NCBI RefSeq assembly: GCF_009914755.1 | Contig: NC_060936.1 | Source: the human T2T-CHM13v2.0 reference genome, Homo sapiens | Length of the DNA stretch: 64,000 bases | Reading direction: 5' to 3' (one strand) | Part shown: piece by piece, positions 61,180 through 64,000 of the stretch | Layout of the letters: each line of letters opens with the position of its first letter | Position numbering within the stretch: position 1 is the stretch's first letter | Notes under the pieces: generated by a model | Seen by the model: the letters and a program-made list of their open reading frames with translations, nothing else | What the model was told of the DNA's origin: nothing | Database searches by the model: none | Made by a program: the position numbers and the translations under genes

Positions 61180-62850
61180 GCATGCCTGTTATTAAGTTGT
61201 TGTCCCTCAGCTCCAAATCCACTCTACTGTATCTCACTGTTGTTACGCTGCATCTGGAATGCGGCAAACTACATCTCTGTTCTGCCAACTAATTCTGTAT
61301 TAGGCTCTGTTTTTTTAAATGCAAGCACCAGAGGGAAACTGGACAGTTAAGGATGAGGAAAGGATTTCATTTTCCTCTTTTCCTGTTCCTGTGCCTATCC
61401 CTCTAGCAATGCTTCATCTTAGCAGAAACAGTTCTTCCTTGTAGCAGCAGTTGAATCCAATTTGTAATTTTTGTAACACTTGCAGATCCAGATTCAGGAC
61501 ATACCTGCACCAGCCAGCCAGCAGCACTCCACCCTCCTTAGAGGTCTGGGTCTCAGCCCTCTTTGCTGAATTCAGGACACCAGAACCAGCTAAGCAGTGT
61601 GCGGTGCACCCTCCTTAGAGGATACCCACTCTCACTACTTCTTTTCAACATTGTCCTGGAGGTTTTGGCCATTGCCATAAGGCAAAAAGGAAAAAAGAAA
61701 TTTAAAAAATGATCAGGAAGGAAGAAGTAAAGCTCTCTCTTTGTAGATAACATGATTGTTTACATAAAATTCCTAAGGGATTTATTAAAAAAACTACTAG
61801 AACTAATAAATGAAATGAACAAAATCACAGGATCAAGGCTAGTATACTAAAATCAGTTGTATTTTTATGTAACACGAAAATAACACGGAAATGAAAATTT
61901 ACAACTTCCATATGCAATAGCACCAAAAAACATAAAACCCTGAGAACATATGTTGCCATCATATAGGATATAGTATATTTCTTTCAACTGAGGAACAATA
62001 CAGGGTGCTGTTTCTCCCAAAGCCAGAATACATGAGTCTAGGAAGAAGTGAGTTGAAGTGGGAATGACTTCTCTCATTACTACACCAAATAACCCATTTG
62101 CAGAATTTTTGAATCTACATCTACAAGACCTGCTACTCTGAGGTCTTGGTTCCCAAGAGAGAAATCCTTACAACAATGGTTCTATGGATCTGAAGTTTGA
62201 AACTTCAGAAAAATAAAGTTTTCATTTTTCAGAGCCAAGAATACCTGATCATTTTTAGTTCCTCATTAATAGGAAGCTAACAGGCAAAGAAGGAGAGAGT
62301 TATTCTGGTTGGGTGGCTGATGGCTGATCTTGACAACCAAGAGGAAACAGAATTGATGCTAGAAAATGTGAACAGGGAGGACTGTTTCTGGAACCCAAGA
62401 GATTCTCTGTGATGACTCTTACTACCTCCTTTTCTAATACTAAATATTAACTGAAAGCTACAGCAACCAATTAAAAAAAAGAGGAATTGAAGATTTAGAC
62501 TTTTTGGGTAAGAACCCTAGCCAGCTAAAATTCTGGCTAATGGGAAAGAAAACATAGGATGTGTAATAGAAGAAGGAAGTTATGAATACCAACCACAATA
62601 TTGTGAGGGGTTACAGAAATGAATACCGTAGCAGCTGCACATAGCTTCTTCTTTGTTTGCTGCTGCTGTTTTTCATGTGTGTGTGTGTGTATGGGTGTGT
62701 TTGTATATGCTACCTATTTTATTATTTTCCATCTTTTTTCCCTTGTTACTTAACATGTTTTTTGTAAGGTTTAATGTATAATTTAGTATTAGGAAACAGA
62801 ATATTCAGGTGGGGCTGGGATTGAAAGTGAGGTATAATGAACATAGTTCA
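61180..62850. mobile_element. Patchwork of old ERVL LTR (LTR41-like, ~61180-61620), L1M piece (~61620-61950) and ERVL-internal fragment (~61980-62850)
   Basis: ccagagggaaactggacag LTR motif; ttcaacattgtcctggaggttttggcc L1 RT motif; ggtgctgtttctcccaaagccagaatacatgagtctagg ERVL-int motif. Confidence 0.5.
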
Positions 62851-63210
62851 GAGATGGCTAGAAATAATTTACATATGAGTTTTACCCACCCCATTTTCTG
62901 CGGGAAGGAACAAATAGATATCTATTTGATTTATTTTTATCTTATCCTTTTAAATATTGATTTTGTACAAATATTATATTTGTACAACATAATACAATTT
63001 ATAAATAGGTAAATACACATACATCAGGATTGCATGCTAAAAACCATAATAGCTTACAGGAGAGGTCAGGAATATAGTTTTGTTTCCTATGAATGAGCTA
63101 CTTATTTCTGCAAAGAGGGCATTCTATTCCAAAGTCCCAGGCCATGCTCACTTGTCCATTCAGTATCATCTAATATATGGCACCAAGTCAGCAATTAAAA
63201 GTGCCTTAGT

Positions 63211-64000
63211 AACTATACTACAAGGCTACAGTAATCAAAACAGCATGGTACTGGTACCAAAACAGATATATAGACCAATGGAATAGAACAGAGGCCTCAG
63301 AAATAACGCCACACATCTACAACCATCTGATCTTTGCCAAACCTGACAAAAACAAGCAATGGGGAAGGGATTCCCTATTTAATAAATGGTGTTGGGAAAA
63401 CTGGCTAGCCATATGCAGAAAATTGAAACTGGACCCCTTCCTTACGCATTATACAAAAATTAACTCAAGATGGATTAAAGACTTAAACATAAGACCTAAA
63501 ACCATAAAAACCCTAGAAGAAAACCTAGGCAATACTATTCAGGACATAGGCATGGGCAAAGAATTCATGACTAAAACGCCAAAAGCAATGGCAACAAAAG
63601 CCAAAATTGACAAATGAGATCTAATTAAACTGAAGAACTTCTGCACAGCAAAAGAAACTACCATCAGAGTGAACAGGCAACTTACAGAATGGGAGAAAAT
63701 TTTTGCAATCTATCAATCTGACAAACAGCTAATATCCAGAATGTACAAGGAACTTAAACAAATTTACAAGAAAAAAATAAACAACCCCATCAGAAAGTGG
63801 GCAAAGTATATGAGCAGACACTTCTCAAAAGAAGACATTTATGCGGCCAACAAACATGAAAAAAAGCTCATCATCACTGGTCATTAGAGAAATGCAAATC
63901 AAAATCACAATGAGATACCATCTCATGCCAGTTAGAATGGTGATCATTAAAAAGTCAGGAAACAACAGATGCTGGAGAGGATATAGAGAAATAGGAATGC
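63211..64000 (+). mobile_element. 5'-truncated L1PA (about L1PA5-8), runs off the window
   Basis: ORF2 3' region (LYYKATV..., KLDPFLT...); preceded by TT|AAAA site, predicted TSD AAAAGTGCCTTAGT. Confidence 0.9.

Overview
Primate (most likely human, given an AluYd8-type insertion) genomic DNA covering the 5' end of TMTC1 (GT-C-type protein O-mannosyltransferase) on the minus strand. It contains a CpG-island promoter, coding exon 1 (19981-19680), a 15.4-kb intron 1, coding exon 2 (4313-4136) and a candidate alternative upstream first exon. The ~43 kb upstream is a transposon-dense intergenic region: many Alus, ERV LTRs, nested DNA transposons, old L1M pieces, one full-length but inactivated L1PA3-type element and two truncated L1PA copies. 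Most notable observations: (1) The full-length L1 has a mutated YY1 site and an intact antisense ORF0 pointing at TMTC1; its second splice donor is exactly in phase with TMTC1 exon 2. (2) A 3.3-kb degenerate purine-pyrimidine (CATG/TGCA) array grows out of an L1 3' UTR and is packed with UGCAUG and TGCACAC motifs. (3) Upstream ATGs in both first exons splice into the same alternative reading frame of exon 2. (4) A young Alu insertion appears to have deleted part of a MER11 LTR. Repeat subfamily calls come from recalled consensus sequences and need RepeatMasker/Dfam confirmation.
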